A stretch of 64,000 nucleotides of DNA from Octopus sinensis. Taxonomy: Eukaryota. Position 1 is the first letter of the stretch, and every line of letters starts with the position of its first letter. Below, piece by piece: positions 24,640 to 39,929 of this stretch. The notes below the pieces were generated by a model. The model did not search any database and was not told where the DNA came from. It saw nothing but the letters and a program-made list of their open reading frames with translations. The stretch lies in contig NW_021832272.1 of the NCBI RefSeq assembly GCF_006345805.1, positions 1 through 64,000 on the forward strand, written 5' to 3'. A program made the translations under genes and the position numbers.

Positions 24640-24835
24640 TAGGGAGCGTTTCTCAAAAAAACAAAAGACGAAGACAGGTGGTGTACAAAACAAACAGATG
24701 TATTAGTATAACGCTCAGGAATAGAAAAAGTCTTTTACGTTTCGAGCCTACGCTCTTCTACAGAAAGGGACACAGAGAAAAAACAAAGAGAGAAAAAAAT
24801 GTGTGTAGTGGCTAACTATCTATCATGGCGACTGA
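24640..24835 (-). mobile_element. Short hammerhead-bearing repeat related to family H; hammerhead at 24732-24767
   Basis: Minus strand: cuuu CUGUAGA A GAGC guag GCUC GAAA CG UA aaag. Its tail is shared with 8290-8350. Confidence 0.65.
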
Positions 24836-24856
24836 CAATATGTTTATATTTGTATT

Positions 24857-24888
<32 letters not shown>

Positions 24889-25574
24889 TGTATGTATGTA
24901 TGTATGTATGTATATGCGCATAGGAAAGACAGAGTCAAGTAATATTCAGCTTGTGATAGTCTTGTGGAACATGAGTAATGGTTGGCTGCCAGCTTCCTTT
25001 CTTCCTTTCAAGTTTTGTCAATCCTTTTGTTTTCCATAGTCTGGGTTTGTTCCACAGGTCGCCGGGTCTCCGGGGTCTCAGTTCACTTTTTGCTTATAAA
25101 ACTCCACTCACACAAGGCATTAGAAGCTACAGAAAAAAAAAGACCCTAGTCTCTCCTAAAGGGATTGTGGTGGTGGTGGTTGTGGGAGGGGTTTTGTGGT
25201 TGAAGTAGGACAGAGAAGTTGGTAAAGAAGATAATAGAAGATATGATGGTGTGGTGGTGGTGGTTTTGGCGGCGACGGCGGCGGTGGGGTCGGTTTTGGC
25301 GGTGGTGGTGGTGGAGGTTGTCGTTGTGGTGGTGGAATTGACGATGTGATTGAGATAGCGGAAGTGGTGGCAGTGTTGGTGCTGGTTGTGGTGGTGGACT
25401 GTCCATGTTGATACGAGTGTGGTGTCCACCTGGGTGTGAAGATTAGCGAAGAGGTTTGAAGGTAATGTATGTGTGAAGAGAAAGAGAGAGAGAGAGAAGG
25501 GGACTTGTTTAAGAGTACAATGTCATCAGAATGTTGATAGCATTACAACACACACACACTCACAGACACACACA

Positions 25575-25625
<51 letters not shown>

Positions 25626-25831
25626 TCTCTCTCCCTCTCATACACACACACCATACGTATGTGCCATTATTAATCACCATTACAGGACACCATCACCAGT
25701 AACTTCACCATTATTGCCACAATATTCCAGTCGTCGTCGTCATCATGTTCATCATCATCGTCATCGTCATGAAAATCTCCGCCACCGACACCACCACTCT
25801 CACTACCGCCACAATCACCACAATCACCACC

Positions 25832-25863
<32 letters not shown>

Positions 25864-27537
25864 CAACACAAAGACAACCACCATTGTCATTTTCACCACT
25901 ACAATAACAACAACAACGTCATCACCATCACCGTCATCACCATCATCGACATCATCATCATTATCATAAGCATCGTCATTGACATCAAATTCGTAAACAT
26001 TATAAGCATCACTATCACCAGCACCTTTTTCTGTCGTCATCATCATCATCACCATCATCCTCATCGTTATTATCGCCATACACTTTCACCATCACCACCC
26101 GACACATGTACTCTTTCTACACTGTACACACACAAAACACACACACACACACACACACAAAACCACACACACACACACACTTACACTAACACGTTCTCCC
26201 CATCCACACACATACGCTAATGCCGACACACAGACATACACATTACTCCCACTACACACATACTGATACACACATGCATATTTATACCACACACACACAC
26301 ACACACACACACATTACCCCCTTTACACATATACACATACAAACACCCGTTACCCACCCCCATACACTTCAATATACGCACACAACTCTAGACGTACACT
26401 CACGCGCGCGCGCACATACACTACTTCTCTACACATACTTTTATACACACACTACTTCTACACACACACACACACTCATACATACACATCCCCCACACAC
26501 ACAACACACCTATATACACATTCATATACATTCTTTTTCACAGAGAGATGCGCTCCTACATACACACAAACACGCACGCTCACACACATACAGTCACTCA
26601 CGCACACACATACATTGTTCCTTCTACACACACACACACACAACACTCTCACACACATACACTCACACACACATACACTCACACACACACACACACACGC
26701 ACTCATACTCATACACACCCTACCCCCTCTACACCTTGCCCAGAGTATAGATTACTCGACACAAATCCACCCCCAGACACCCTCTTCACCACAGGCCTCC
26801 GCCTTACTCCTTCCTTTCTACCCGGGGTACTGTCACATAACGTACCACAACACTAACACATTACACACCCCGTTTCTACCCGTTTCTAACATCCGTTACG
26901 GCCATTACATCTTACCTCACCCTCCCCTCAAAATTTGCTTTCTATCTCTGTCAACTGCCAATCCCGTTTCATGTTCCACCCGCTTTTATCTCCTACCCCC
27001 AACCCTTTATCTCTACCACCCTACCTTCTACCCCGTTCATGCTCTCCACCCTTTTCCTGTCTTCTATTACTATTTTTATCTATTGTTTCTTCAATTCTCT
27101 TTTTCTTGTCTCTCTGTCTCTCTCTCTCTCCCTCTCGTTTGATTGCCAAAGGTCTTTTACCGATATGTGTGTGTGTGTGTGTCTCTGTCAGTCTGTTTAG
27201 ATATATGATGTGTGAGTGTGTATATATCTATATATGTTTTTATGCTCTCTTCTATTTTTAACTATTTGGAGTCTTCCTGTAAGGAAAGAGTTGCTTTTTA
27301 ACAAAGATACAAAGCGCCATCGTTGGAATGTTGATAACAAAAACAATACGACACGTTGAACTCGAGAAAAGTCTTGCATAGTTTTATTGTTTCGCTTACA
27401 GATTGTACTCGTAATGTGCGAATTAAGTGGTTGATTTGTTTTGCTGCAAACTCTAGCCTTTTCGGATTGTCACATCGACATTTACCCCAAAATCCATGTG
27501 CATCAATTATTATTGGTATAAATGAGAATTTATTCCT

Positions 27538-28285
<748 letters not shown>

Positions 28286-28289
28286 GAGT

Positions 28290-28800
28290 AAAAGAGTAAA
28301 GAGACTAGGTTTAGAATGTGAAGGTTAAGAAGCAGTTGTCCATAGTCATCTTCTTTCTCTTAGATTTTCTAAGAGATATTCACTTCAGCTGGGCAGCTGA
28401 CCTCTATAATGGTACATACTTTTCGTTGTTTGTCCCAAACAGCGAAAATCCAGCCTGTTATCTTTTCATTTGGTAAAAATTTCGATGGGAATCTTCCGTC
28501 ACCATTCCTCGTTTTCGTGGTGTGCATTCAATAACAAACGGGATCCCTTGTATTTATCCCGGGACAGATTTTGTTTTTCAGATGGCATTGTATAGTGTTT
28601 TAGCAACGGCGTCATGTTGAATTCGGATGTTGTACCTTGGTGACATTTTACGACAGCTGCTCGTCACACGCGTGATGTCCTCCACAGAAAGGTGACTAAT
28701 CAACATTTTCGATTGCATCTTGGACCTAGCTCTCCCGCTCTTTGATTGCAAATGCACAACTTTTGAAGTTTGATTCGATGTGGCGGTCACGAATCAAAGA
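28290..28800 (-). mobile_element. Degenerate R4/Dong-like (restriction-like endonuclease) non-LTR retrotransposon fragment
   Basis: SVEDITRVTSSCRKMSPRY..QHDAVAKTLYNAI resembles the CCHC knuckle/RHD region. Confidence 0.6.
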
Positions 28801-28935
28801 AATGTGGATATTTGCCATCTTCTAGCCTTCACCCATGCATCGTACTTTTGTGTTTTTTTTTTGTTTTTGGTATGTTGAGTGTTTCGTATCTAGCTCTTCT
28901 TTGAGGTATTGTAGTAGTATAATATATATATATAT

Positions 28936-28966
<31 letters not shown>

Positions 28967-29819
28967 ATATATATATATATATACATACACACGCACATCC
29001 TTTATTGCTATATTAATACAGAGTGTTCACACGTAACACAAAAAGAATAACTTTTACATGAAACAATATATGTTACAGGTACAAGAGATCTTCATCTGAA
29101 ATTCACATTTAGGCTGATTTTTGTACTCGATGCATATTCTTGTTGCCATGTTGTCGTGGTATGTTTCAACCGGGTTGAATATTTAGATGTGAGAACTGCT
29201 ATTAGTGAAAGTCGCACTGGGATGAGTATGTAGCTGTGAAAACAGCTATTAGTGTGAGCGAAATTCACCAAGGACCGAACTCATTCGTGGTCCGAATTCA
29301 TTCCGGCTTTTTCGCACTAAAACCAGCAGCAAGTTCTAGTCATTGCCGCCAGACTATCACGTGGACAAAGAACGCTGACTGGACAGAAAAGGGATCTGCA
29401 AGCACGATAAACTCGTGTTCTACATGTAGCCAAAAGCGGGGTCGAAATTAACCGTTATAGTATGTTAGCCCAGCTGTTTTGGGGTTGTAATGGAGGTCGT
29501 CAGGAAGAAAGTGCTTCGTAAAAAGTTCTCTTCCGATACGTCAGCTGTTGTTCTCTTCGCTTTGCAACACTTAAGTTTCTGTATTTATTTGTGCTTCTAT
29601 CATTTAGCAAGTGCCGTCTAAGAAAGAGACTCTACGACATCTTAAAGGCTGTCTGCACTGATCTCACAATTCCACCTCCTTCATTCCTTCTCAGGCAGAC
29701 CCTCTCAACATCACTATTTCTGTGGAAGTTTCCGGTTGATGTTAGAATTTTGCAAGTTTTGATGTCTAAGTTGTGGATTTTCTCTCTACAGAGCAGTTAA
29801 GCATCTAAAGCATTGGTAT

Positions 29820-30120
29820 CAGTGCTGGCACTGTAAATGCATTGTGGGATATTCCCATGTTCTGGCTGCCATATTTTTCTAAATATGGCATAATAACCCA
29901 TAACCCTGCGAAACGTTCTGATACCGCAGAAGTTCAGAGTTACCAACGACTCCACTCAGAAACTGTACTGCATCCTTTTACTTGTATGATTCTGGAGCGT
30001 CAGCTCAGGCTGGTTGGTCATGTTGCTTGATTTTTCGAATTGGATCCTGATTATTATTCTCTGACAATCCAGTTGTGGCGATGGTTCGTGTTGGTCGGCC
30101 ACATGTCACATGGTATCGTA
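29820..30120 (+). mobile_element. RTE-like LINE 3' fragment
   Basis: ILERQLRLVGHVA motif. Confidence 0.5.
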
Positions 30121-30359
30121 AACAGATGTACCTATGTATGTATGTATGTATGTATGTATGTATGTATGTATGTATGTATGTATGTACGCATCTATGTATG
30201 TGTATGTGTGTGTATCTGTGTATGGCTATCTGTTTGTGTGTGCATGTGTGTCATCAACATCATAGTCGTCGTCGTCATTATCGTCATCATTGTCATCAAC
30301 ATCATCAACAGCAACAATACCAATGACTTCAACAGGTGTCACAGTAACATGAACAGCAT

Positions 30360-31324
30360 CGGTTATCACCACCGCCACCACCATTATCAACACCACTACC
30401 ACCACCACTACCACCGCCACCACCACTACCACCGCCACCACCACTACCTTCACTACCACCACTACCACCTTCACCACCACCACCACCTTCACTACCACCA
30501 CTACCACCACCACCACCACCACCTTCACTACCACCACTACCACCACCACCACCACCACCACCACCTTCACTACCACCACCACCACCACCACCACCACCAC
30601 CACCACCACCACCACCACCACCACCACCACCACCACCTTCACTACCACCACCACCACCACCACCACCACCTTCACTACCACCACCACAACCACCACCACC
30701 TTCACCACCGCCGCCGCCGCCACTATAACCACCACCACCAACAACAACACTCTTACCACCACCAACACTCTTACCACCACCACCACCACCACCCCACCAC
30801 CTCCACTATAACCACCTCCACCACCACCACCACCTTCACCACCACCACAGTCACTATAACCACCACCACCACCTTCACCACCACCGCCGCCACTGTAACC
30901 ACCACCACCTCCATCACCAACACTCTTACCACCACCAGCAGTAAGTATCGTTGATGTAGTGATTGATAACAGTAAATGGTGATAATAATAATCCTTCATC
31001 GATACGATATCTTTAACCCGATTAACATAATTCCTCTCCAAATCTAGACACTCTCAGGGAGTTGCCATATTTTCTTTATTACTTAGTTGCTTCGATGCTA
31101 ATACTGCCTCTTCTTCGTCTGTTTATTATTGTCATTATTGTTATTATTATTATATTATTATTATTATTATTATTATTATGATTATTATTATTACTACTAC
31201 TACTACTACTACTACTTCTATTACTACTATTATTATCATTGCATTTGCACAGCTTCTAACGCTGGAGATGTTCTACGGTGTCAGCTGTTCACTACCAGTT
31301 TTATTATTATTATTATTATTATTA

Positions 31325-31418
<94 letters not shown>

Positions 31419-31465
31419 TATTATTATCATTATTATTATCATTATTATTATTATTATTATTATTA

Positions 31466-31499
<34 letters not shown>

Positions 31500-31565
31500 C
31501 ATTATTATTATTATTATTATTATTATCATTATTATTATTATTATTGTTGTTGTTGTTGTTGTTGT
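30360..31565. repeat. Long trinucleotide arrays, (CAC/TAC)n then (TAT)n. Representative of many arrays, e.g. (TA)n 2090-2610 and 21165-21750, (AGT)n 22715-22860, (CAC)n 42820-43300 and 59680-60135, (CAT/CGT)n 61600-62152, (TATC)n 44100-44192 and 60895-61085
   Basis: Directly visible simple repeats; these account for most ORF-track entries. Confidence 0.95.
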
Positions 31566-31774
31566 CAACATCATTTACGTTACTGTTGCCTTGTTTTACA
31601 CGAGCTGTTCCAACCAAGTCTCACCCGAAGACCTCCAACGACAGCAAGTCGGACGTTTTTTCACATGGGTGCTATTTACGATTAGCAATAATGTGTCGTA
31701 GGAAAAGAAGACCAGATTCTGAGAATAGAGATTCTGGTAAATTTGTAATATTTCACTTTTGAAAGGGTGTTAAG

Positions 31775-33540
31775 AGAATCAAGTATTTTCAGGTCGACTG
31801 TTTTTCTTAGGATGTCGACAAAACCCACGAGAACAAGTTTTTGTAGATCTGATGCTTTCGGGTTTCCTTGCATTTGGCCATATTGCTTAAGAGTGCCATT
31901 TGATATCTATTTCTTTACTACCCATAAGGGGTTAAACACAGAGGGAACAAAGAAGGACAGACAAACGGATTAAGTCGATTACATCGACCCCAGTGCGCAA
32001 CTGGTACTTAATTTATCGACCCCGAAAGGATGAAAGGCAAAGTCGACCTCGGCGGAATTTGAACGCAGAACGTAACGGCAGACGAAATACGGTTACGCAT
32101 TTCGCCCGGCGTGCTAACGTTTCTGCCAGCTCGCCGCCATTTAATATTATCCCCCCCCCCCAAAGCACCGATGATCACAGGTGCAGCTGCTTTTCTTAGA
32201 TGCCATATTTTTCAGACCTCTTTTGTAAGGTCCTTATATTAACTGAATTTTTTCAAATAAGTTTACGGAAGTGTTGTTGTCTGCTGGGATTGACATACGA
32301 GCTCAGATCATCAAGTACCAAGACTGGGGCTATAAAAAGGAAACGAAAACACATCTCCATTTTGGCATTTAGTCTCCATCTGAAGCCTCACACTTTATCC
32401 AGCGTCGTTTCCATTGTTGGAAGCATTCCTGGAACTCCTTTTTTCGGGATTGCGAAAAAACTGACCAAGACTATCATGGCGATTGATATATTCATTTGAG
32501 ACTAAAATAGCGCATCCAGAGATGAGGAGGTCTATTGTTTCCTTGGTTGCACCACAAAAACAGCAGACAGGATCAGCACAAATTTTCAAGAATGCTTGTT
32601 TGGTAACCAATCTTTGATGGGTCATATTTGTATCTACATCCGGATCGCTGGTCCTTGTATTTGTCTTGCAATGCCTCATTTTCCCATGTATTTCGCAACA
32701 CTGAGGTTCCATTCGAGTTCACTTGTGTTTTATCTGTTTTTCTTCCACAATTATATGAGGAAACAAAGTCGATGGGGCACACCTGCGTTGGTATGCTGAA
32801 ATGAAATTTATATCTTTTATCTGTTTCAATCATCAGACTGCGGCCAGGCTAGGGCACAGCCTTGAAGAATATTTTAGTCGAATGAATCGATCCTAGTACT
32901 TATTAGTTTTTGAAGCCTGGTACTTATTCTATCGGTCTCTTTTGCTGAACTGCTAACTGACGGGGACGTAAACAAACCAACACCGGTTGTCAAGCAATGG
33001 TGGTATACAAACACCGACACACACACACACACATACATACATACATACATACATACATACATACATACATACATACGATGGGCTTCTTTCAGGTCAACCA
33101 AATCCACTCACAAGGCTTTGGTTGACCCGAGGTTATAGCTGAAGACACTTGCCCAAGGTGCCACCTAAGCTGTACATGTTGTGTAGTTGCGCCGCCTCGG
33201 CCTTGTTGATCCTCAATTCCTATACATACTTATTTTTGCTTTTTCTGATATTGAGTACATCCTTTTGTGGAACTTTCATATTTGCAGACAAGTTCAAGCA
33301 CCCAGTCATTGGTGTTCCTTAGATAGGCATCTGCCCCAATGGTTACTGTCTTTAGAGACTTTTGCAGCTGCATCAGTCTACATCCTCCATCATTTCGTGG
33401 GATGCACAGTGTATGTACGTATGCCTTTGGGTGATGCGTGCAGAGCACCGTGAGGAGTTTGCGTATTTTTGTATCAGTTTTACAGATCTCACTGATGGAC
33501 CATTCTATGATGTTAACGCTGTCGGTCACAACATGTATAG
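31775..33540 (-). mobile_element. Fragmented R4/Dong-like non-LTR retrotransposon interrupted by SINEs
   Basis: Three pieces lie in the expected order on the minus strand: DTKIRKLLT..HHPKA..IPRNDGG (33190-33540), CCFCGATKETIDLLISGC..EYINRHD (32200-32740) and LQKLVLVG..ILRKT (31775-31900). Confidence 0.75.
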
Positions 33541-33920
33541 CATAGGTGGCACCTAGGGCAAGTGTCTTCAGCTATAACCTCGGGTCAACCAAAGCCTTGT
33601 GAGTGGACTTGGTTGACCTGAAAGAAGCCAGTCGTATGTATGTATGTATGAGTGTGTGTGTGTGTGTGTGTTTGTGTTGGTGTTTGTATATCACCACTGC
33701 TTGACAACTGGTGTTGGTTTGTTTACGTCCCCGTCAGTTAGCAGTTCAGCAAAAGAGACCGACAGAATAAGTACTAGGGTCGATTCATTCGACTAAAATA
33801 TTCTTCAAGGCTGTGCCCTAGCCTGGCCATAATCTGATGATTGAAACAGATAAACGATATAAATTTCATTTCAGCATACCAACGCAGGTGTGCCCCATCG
33901 ACTTTGTTTCCTCATATAAT
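32748..33920. repeat. Inverted duplication (about 32748-33166 and 33543-33920) of a truncated SINE A plus about 65 bp of flank
   Basis: Both arms include aattatatgaggaaacaaagtcgatggggcacacctgcgttggtatgc and end at the same ggtgccaccta breakpoint. Confidence 0.85.
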
Positions 33921-34625
33921 TAGTATCTACTCCATCTTAGACGTATTTATAGGGAATTTCATTGAAAAATATCCATATTTTTCTGAAAGTTATGAGGAAA
34001 CAAAGTCGGCGGGGCACACTTGTGTAGGTATGCCTACATTTCATTTTATTTTACTTTGCTTTGTTCTTGCTTATTTCTTACAAGAAATCTTAGGTAATCA
34101 TGGCACCGAAGCAAAGCAAAGATTAAAAAAAAAAAAAACGAAACTGAATAAATATAACCAGCCAGGAACAGAGAAACATTTCCTGGTGTACGAGAAAGGT
34201 GGCATTGTTGGCCGATGACACAGAGAGATGGACACTGGACGGAGATGCTATCGGCTGCAGATTCTTTCTCTCTGGGACGAAACAGAGAACTAACATGTTA
34301 TCTAGGATTAATCAACATTCCAACTCCGTCTCTCACACACAAAACACGCAGTTGTATATATATATACATATATACACATATAAAATGCTGATCACACACA
34401 CACATGCACACACACACACACACACACGCACACACATGATGTAATATATACGTAATGTAATTGCGAAGTCGTTCTTTATTTATTTTTTAAAAACTTTTCC
34501 TTCGTCTGCTTTTCTTCTCCAATATTTCTTGCCTTGCTTATTTTCCCCATTTCTAATCATTCTCTCTCTCTCCTCTCTCTATCTCTCTATTATTCTAATT
34601 ATATATATATATATTATTATATATT

Positions 34626-34659
<34 letters not shown>

Positions 34660-34661
<2 letters not shown>

Positions 34662-35732
34662 CTCTTTACTTGTTTCAGTCATTTGACTGCGGCCATGCTG
34701 GAGCACCGCCTTTAATCGAGCAACTCGACCCCGGAACTTATTCTTTGTAAGCCCAGTACTTATTCTATCGGTCTCTTTTGCCGAACCGCTAAGTGACGGG
34801 GACATAAACACACCAGCATCGGTTGTTAAGCAATGCTAGGGAGACAAACATAGACACACAAACATACACGCACATACATATATTATATATATTTACATAT
34901 ATACGACGGGCTTCTTTTTCAGTTTCCGTCTACCAAATCCACTCACAAGGCATTGGTCGGCCCGGGGCTATAGCAGAAGACACTTGCCCAAGGTGCCAAG
35001 TAATGGGACTGAATGAGGCCAAGACTGAATACATAAACAAGTGCCTGTCCAACAGTGATTGCATCATCCATACTCTCAACAATGCGCCCTTAAATATGGT
35101 TTCTGATTACAAATATCTTGGGTCATACATATCATCATCTGGAAAAGACTTTCTAACTAGAAAGGGTATGGCTTGGTCAGCCTGTAATGACATGCATAAG
35201 ATCTGGTCATCAAATCTAAGTAGAGACTTCAAACTTGAAATCTTCAAAGCCACAGTCGGACCAATTCTACTATATGGCTCAGAAACCTGGACGTTATCAA
35301 AGAAGCTTGAGAGGCGGTTGGATGGAACCTACACTCGCCTCCTTATGAGAGCTCAAAATCTCTCGTGGAAGCGCCATCCAACCAAAATGCAAATATATGG
35401 GAAACTACCACCTGTGTCATCTCTTGTGAAAGGTAAGAGAGTCTAGTTTGCTGGACATTGTTGTAGAGCTGAAAAAGAGGTAATTTCTACTCTTCTCCTC
35501 TGGAAGCCATCTACTCGCAATACTAGAGGGCGCACACTCTCCTACCCTGATGTAATCTCCAGGGATACAGGCATCCAGCAACAGGACCTCCGTAATGCCA
35601 TGATGGACCGTGAAGTCTGGCGTAGCATGGTAAATTCCATTGTCTCGACCACGGTCGAACAATGATGATGATGATGGGACTGAACCCGGAACCATGTGGT
35701 TGGTAAGCAAGCTACTTACCACACAGCCACTC
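34660..35732 (-). mobile_element. SINE A split by an RTE insertion
   Basis: The body (34660-35013) and head (35674-35732) rejoin at atgggactgaa. Confidence 0.85.
35014..35673 (+). mobile_element. 5'-truncated young RTE-clade LINE with a (TGA)n tail and an 11-bp TSD
   Basis: YKYLGS..LLYGSETW..FAGH motifs; TSD atgggactgaa at 35003-35013 and 35674-35684. Confidence 0.9.
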
Positions 35733-35922
35733 ATATATATATTATATATGTGTGTGTGTGTGTAAGAAACTATGTATATGAGTGTGTATATGTATGTGTG
35801 TATGTATGTATGCACGTATATATGTATGTATGCACATATGTATGTATGTATGTATGTATGTACGTACGTATGTATGTATGTGCGTACGTACGTATGTATC
35901 AATCAGTTCGCCTGTCTGTCAG

Positions 35923-35990
<68 letters not shown>

Positions 35991-36419
35991 CTTATGTATG
36001 TGTGTGTGTGTGTGTCTGTCTGCCTGTCTGTTTGTGTCTGTCTACCTACCTGTTTGCCTCTCTGTGTCTGCCTGCCTCCCTGCCTATCCATCTGCCTATC
36101 TATATGAATATGTACTTTAGAGCATCTATGTCGCTGCTGTCGGTCAACAAGTGTGTGTGCGCGCGTGCGTCTGTGCGTGTGTGCACGTACGACTGTATCT
36201 GTATCTGGTGTACATACATACATACATACATACATGCATACATACACACATACATACATACATACATACATACATACATGTATGCATACATACATACATA
36301 CATACATACATACATACATACATACATACATACTTACATACATACATACATACATACATGCATGCATGCATGCATACATACATACATACATACATACATA
36401 CATACATACATACAAACGA

Positions 36420-36830
36420 ATTTGATCATGTTGAGACCGATAGATCAGAAGAATATGGCGGAACATAAAAAATTAAAACAGCCATTAACTTAAAACACAA
36501 CCGGCCAGATATCGTTGTGTGGGACCATAAAGTTGTGGGATCACAAAGTTGTGGGACCACAGTTGTGGAAATCAGCAGCTTTCTGGACACGAATGTAGTT
36601 AAAAAAATACAAGAGAAAAAGGACATCTGAGGACTATTGATAAGGAGTTTGCAAATCCAATACCCAAGACACAAATAGCTTCATACCGACCCGACTGGAG
36701 CAAAGTATGGCTGAACTTGGGACCTTGGAGAGAGAATATAAATCCTTAATTCATACGTTACAAGTGATCGTGACATTTTGGGACGCTAAAAATCTGTAAG
36801 GCCTCCTTAACATTTAAAGGGTGGTGTTTA
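36420..36830 (+). mobile_element. Restriction-like endonuclease domain fragment of a non-LTR element
   Basis: KHNRPDIVVWD...VVEIS..DTNVVKKIQEK motif. Confidence 0.7.
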
Positions 36831-37089
36831 AAACAAGATATTTTCCTTCACAACCTTGCTACTAAGTCGGTGGCTGGTCAAAATTTATTCTAAATTAAAA
36901 AGAGAAAGAAAATAACATACATACACACACACGTAATTACTTACGTACGTACATACACACACACATACATACATACATGCATATATACATACATACATAC
37001 ATACATACATACATACATACGTACGTACATACGTACGTACATACATACATACATACATACATACATACATACATCTCCCGGTCATTCAA

Positions 37090-37290
37090 TATGTGACAGC
37101 GTGTGTATCGTTGGCGATTTTCTTTCTCCGTCTTCCCTTTCTTGGACCTTTCCTTTTTCTATGTTTCTGACGAAGAGCTCCACTCGAAACGTTAAATCCT
37201 CCTTCTTTCTTTCCGTTCCCGGGCGTCCAATAACACTATACTTGTTCCACGTCCTCGCGTTGTTGTGTTTTCTCTTTGTGTTTCCATACA
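37090..37290 (+). mobile_element. Family H short repeat with an intact-core hammerhead (37163-37197)
   Basis: guuu CUGACGA A GAG cucca CUC GAAA CG UU aaau. Confidence 0.75.
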
Positions 37291-37425
37291 TACATATGTT
37301 CAAGAGTACTGTGTACGGTCAGATTGACATGCAATATTGGCTTGCCATGGCACGGACGAGTCTCATGGCCAAGAATGAAACCTCTGAGTTGCTTGAAATC
37401 TACAGGCCCATTACTTGCCTAAATA

Positions 37426-37820
37426 TCTTTATATATAAAAGTGAAGTTGTGTGTCTGTCTCCTACGATTTAGATTCCTAACTACTCCCACATTTTGCGGT
37501 GCAGTTTAACCAAAACCGGGTATCTTATAGTCGTGATTCATATCGAGCCCTTCTGGGTATTAGCGCGCGTCTACGATGAGTCTACGATTTTAAAAATAAT
37601 TTACCATCATTTTTTCCATTTTAATGCATTTTTTCGCTATTATATAAGGGAAGTAACTCTCTAAAAATGTCTACGATGAGTCAACGATTTAAAAAAAAAT
37701 TACCATAATTTTTTTTCCATTTTTAATGCATTTTTTTGCTATTTTTTGGCTATAACTCTCTAAAAATGCTTTATAGTTATTTCCCTTACAAACCCGAGCA
37801 ACGCCGGGCGATACTGCTAG
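37426..37820 (+). mobile_element. Non-autonomous Helitron
   Basis: Inserted between A and T, starts TC, has a subterminal GC-rich hairpin (cccgagcaacgccggg) and ends CTAG; contains an internal tandem duplication of about 110 bp. Confidence 0.85.
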
Positions 37821-38118
37821 TTATTTTTAAAAACTGTACCCAAGCTGCCTCGACCAATTCATCCAGGATCGTCGTGCGTCCAACAACATAATGACTGATG
37901 CGCAGGCCGGTGGAAAGAAGTGAGGACGTGCCGAACAATTTCTGATGCACAAAGCTGTACCGTCTCAGGTGGAACTCCCCACCCCCCAAAAAAAACCCCG
38001 TAGGAGTCTTACAACAGTATGGCTTGTTCATAGGAAGGCATTTGACTCTGTTCTTCACTCATGGCTACTGAAGTATCTCGACTTGGCATCCAGTGAGAGA
38101 TAAATATCATTCAGTGTA

Positions 38119-38528
38119 CGCAGGAGTGGCTGTGTGGTAAGTAGCTTGCTAACCAACCACATGGTTCCGGGTTCAGTCCCACTGCGTGGCATCTTGGGCG
38201 AGTGTCTTCTGCTATAGCCCCGGGCCGACCAATGCCTTGTGAGTGGATTTGGTAGACGGAAACTGAAAGAAGCCTGTCGTATATATGTATATATATGTGT
38301 GTGGTGGTTTGTGTGTCTGTGTTTGTCCCCCTAGCATTGCTTGACAACCGATGCTGGTGTGTTTACGTCCCCGTCACTTAGCGGTTCGGCAAAAGAGACT
38401 GATAGAATAAGTACTGGGCTTACAAAGAATAAGTCCCGGGGTCGATTTGCTCGACTAAAGGCGGTGCTCCAGCATGGCTGCAGTCAAATGACTGAAGCAA
38501 ATAAAAGAGTAAAAGAGTAAAAAGAGTA
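38119..38528 (+). mobile_element. SINE family A, full length
   Basis: Matches the family consensus. Confidence 0.9.
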
Positions 38529-39098
38529 TAAAGATATGAACTAGTTAACAGTTTCATGCTCTGGAGACCCATGCTACATGTGAATGGATCTAAGAAATAC
38601 AATTTATGCGTGGTTGAAAGATCATACATTCTTTTTAGATCTAAGAATTCCAAATTCGAAATTTTCTGCAAATGGAAGTATATAGAGAATTTTTTTCATT
38701 TTTTTTTTTTTTGCGAACTGGAGGGCACTACTCTTTCTGGATTGAGCGTCTCGCAGACTTTGGGCCCTTCTTCATTGTATTATTCTACAACTAGCTTAAT
38801 TATAGCTATACGGTCAAAGGAGACATAACTCTTATTTTGTTTCTTTTCTTTTCAATTTTCCGTCTTTAATCACCCTTCCGTTTTTAGCATCTTCCTTCTC
38901 GTTTTTTCTCGCGATCTCTCTTGCAATAGCGTCCTGATTTGCAAATAAAATAGACAATGTGATCAAAGCCTTTAGATTGCTTGGAATCACAATGAGTGTT
39001 ATAAAATCTACCCAGATCTGTGTCTCCAATGGAAGGAACTATTAGTGGCTCGTATTTTTATACTTTGTACATTAAATGCTATATATATATATATATAT

Positions 39099-39252
39099 CA
39101 GGAGTGGCTGTGTGGTAAGTAGCTTGCTAACCAACCACATGGTTCCGGGTTCAGTCCCACTGTGCGGGATCTTGGGCAAGTGTCTTCTGCTATAGCCCCG
39201 GGCTGACCAATGCCTTGTGAGTGGATGTAGGCGGAAACTGAAAGAAGCCCGT

Positions 39253-39288
<36 letters not shown>

Positions 39289-39507
39289 TATGTGTGTGTG
39301 TGTGTCCGTGTGTCTGTGTTTGTCCCCCTAGCATTGCTTGACAACCAATGCTGGTGTGTTTACGTCCCCGTCACTTAGCAGCTCGGCAAAAGAGACCGAT
39401 AGAATAAGTACTGAGCTTACAAAGAATAAGTCCCGGGAACGATTTGCTCGACTAAAAGGCGTTGCTCCAGCATGGCCGCAGTCAAATGACTGAAACAAGT
39501 AAAAGAG

Positions 39508-39508
<1 letters not shown>
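39099..39508 (+). mobile_element. SINE family A, full length, flanked by (TA)n
   Basis: Matches the family consensus. Confidence 0.9.
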
Positions 39509-39539
<31 letters not shown>

Positions 39540-39929
39540 GCAGTCTTATTGTTACGTCTTGTTTGTGTTTGTACTCTTTGTGCCCCGCTGCTTGAAATTT
39601 TATTTTAATTCTCTCGCAGGAAGGCCTATTGGATTAGTGTTCTGTTATGCCTTCGAAACATGCCTGACTCCTCTAGCGACAGCTGATGACGGGGGTTTGT
39701 CCTTGTGTAGCTCGTCCTGTATTTGTTTTCGTTTTCCGTTTTCTTTTTTTTTTGTTTTTGGCTTTTTCCGTTCTCTACGTCTTATTGTGATGTCCTGTAC
39801 TCCGTATAATTATTTATATATGCATGTATATATACATGTAGATGTAGGTACGTATATATATGTTTGTATGTATGCATATATTTTTATTTATCTCCTATAT
39901 ATATATATATATATATTATTTGTATACAT

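Noticed and set aside
30040-31762. Poly-His/Val/Ile/Leu ORFs of 190-304 aa
   Set aside because: Trinucleotide arrays are open in several frames on both strands.
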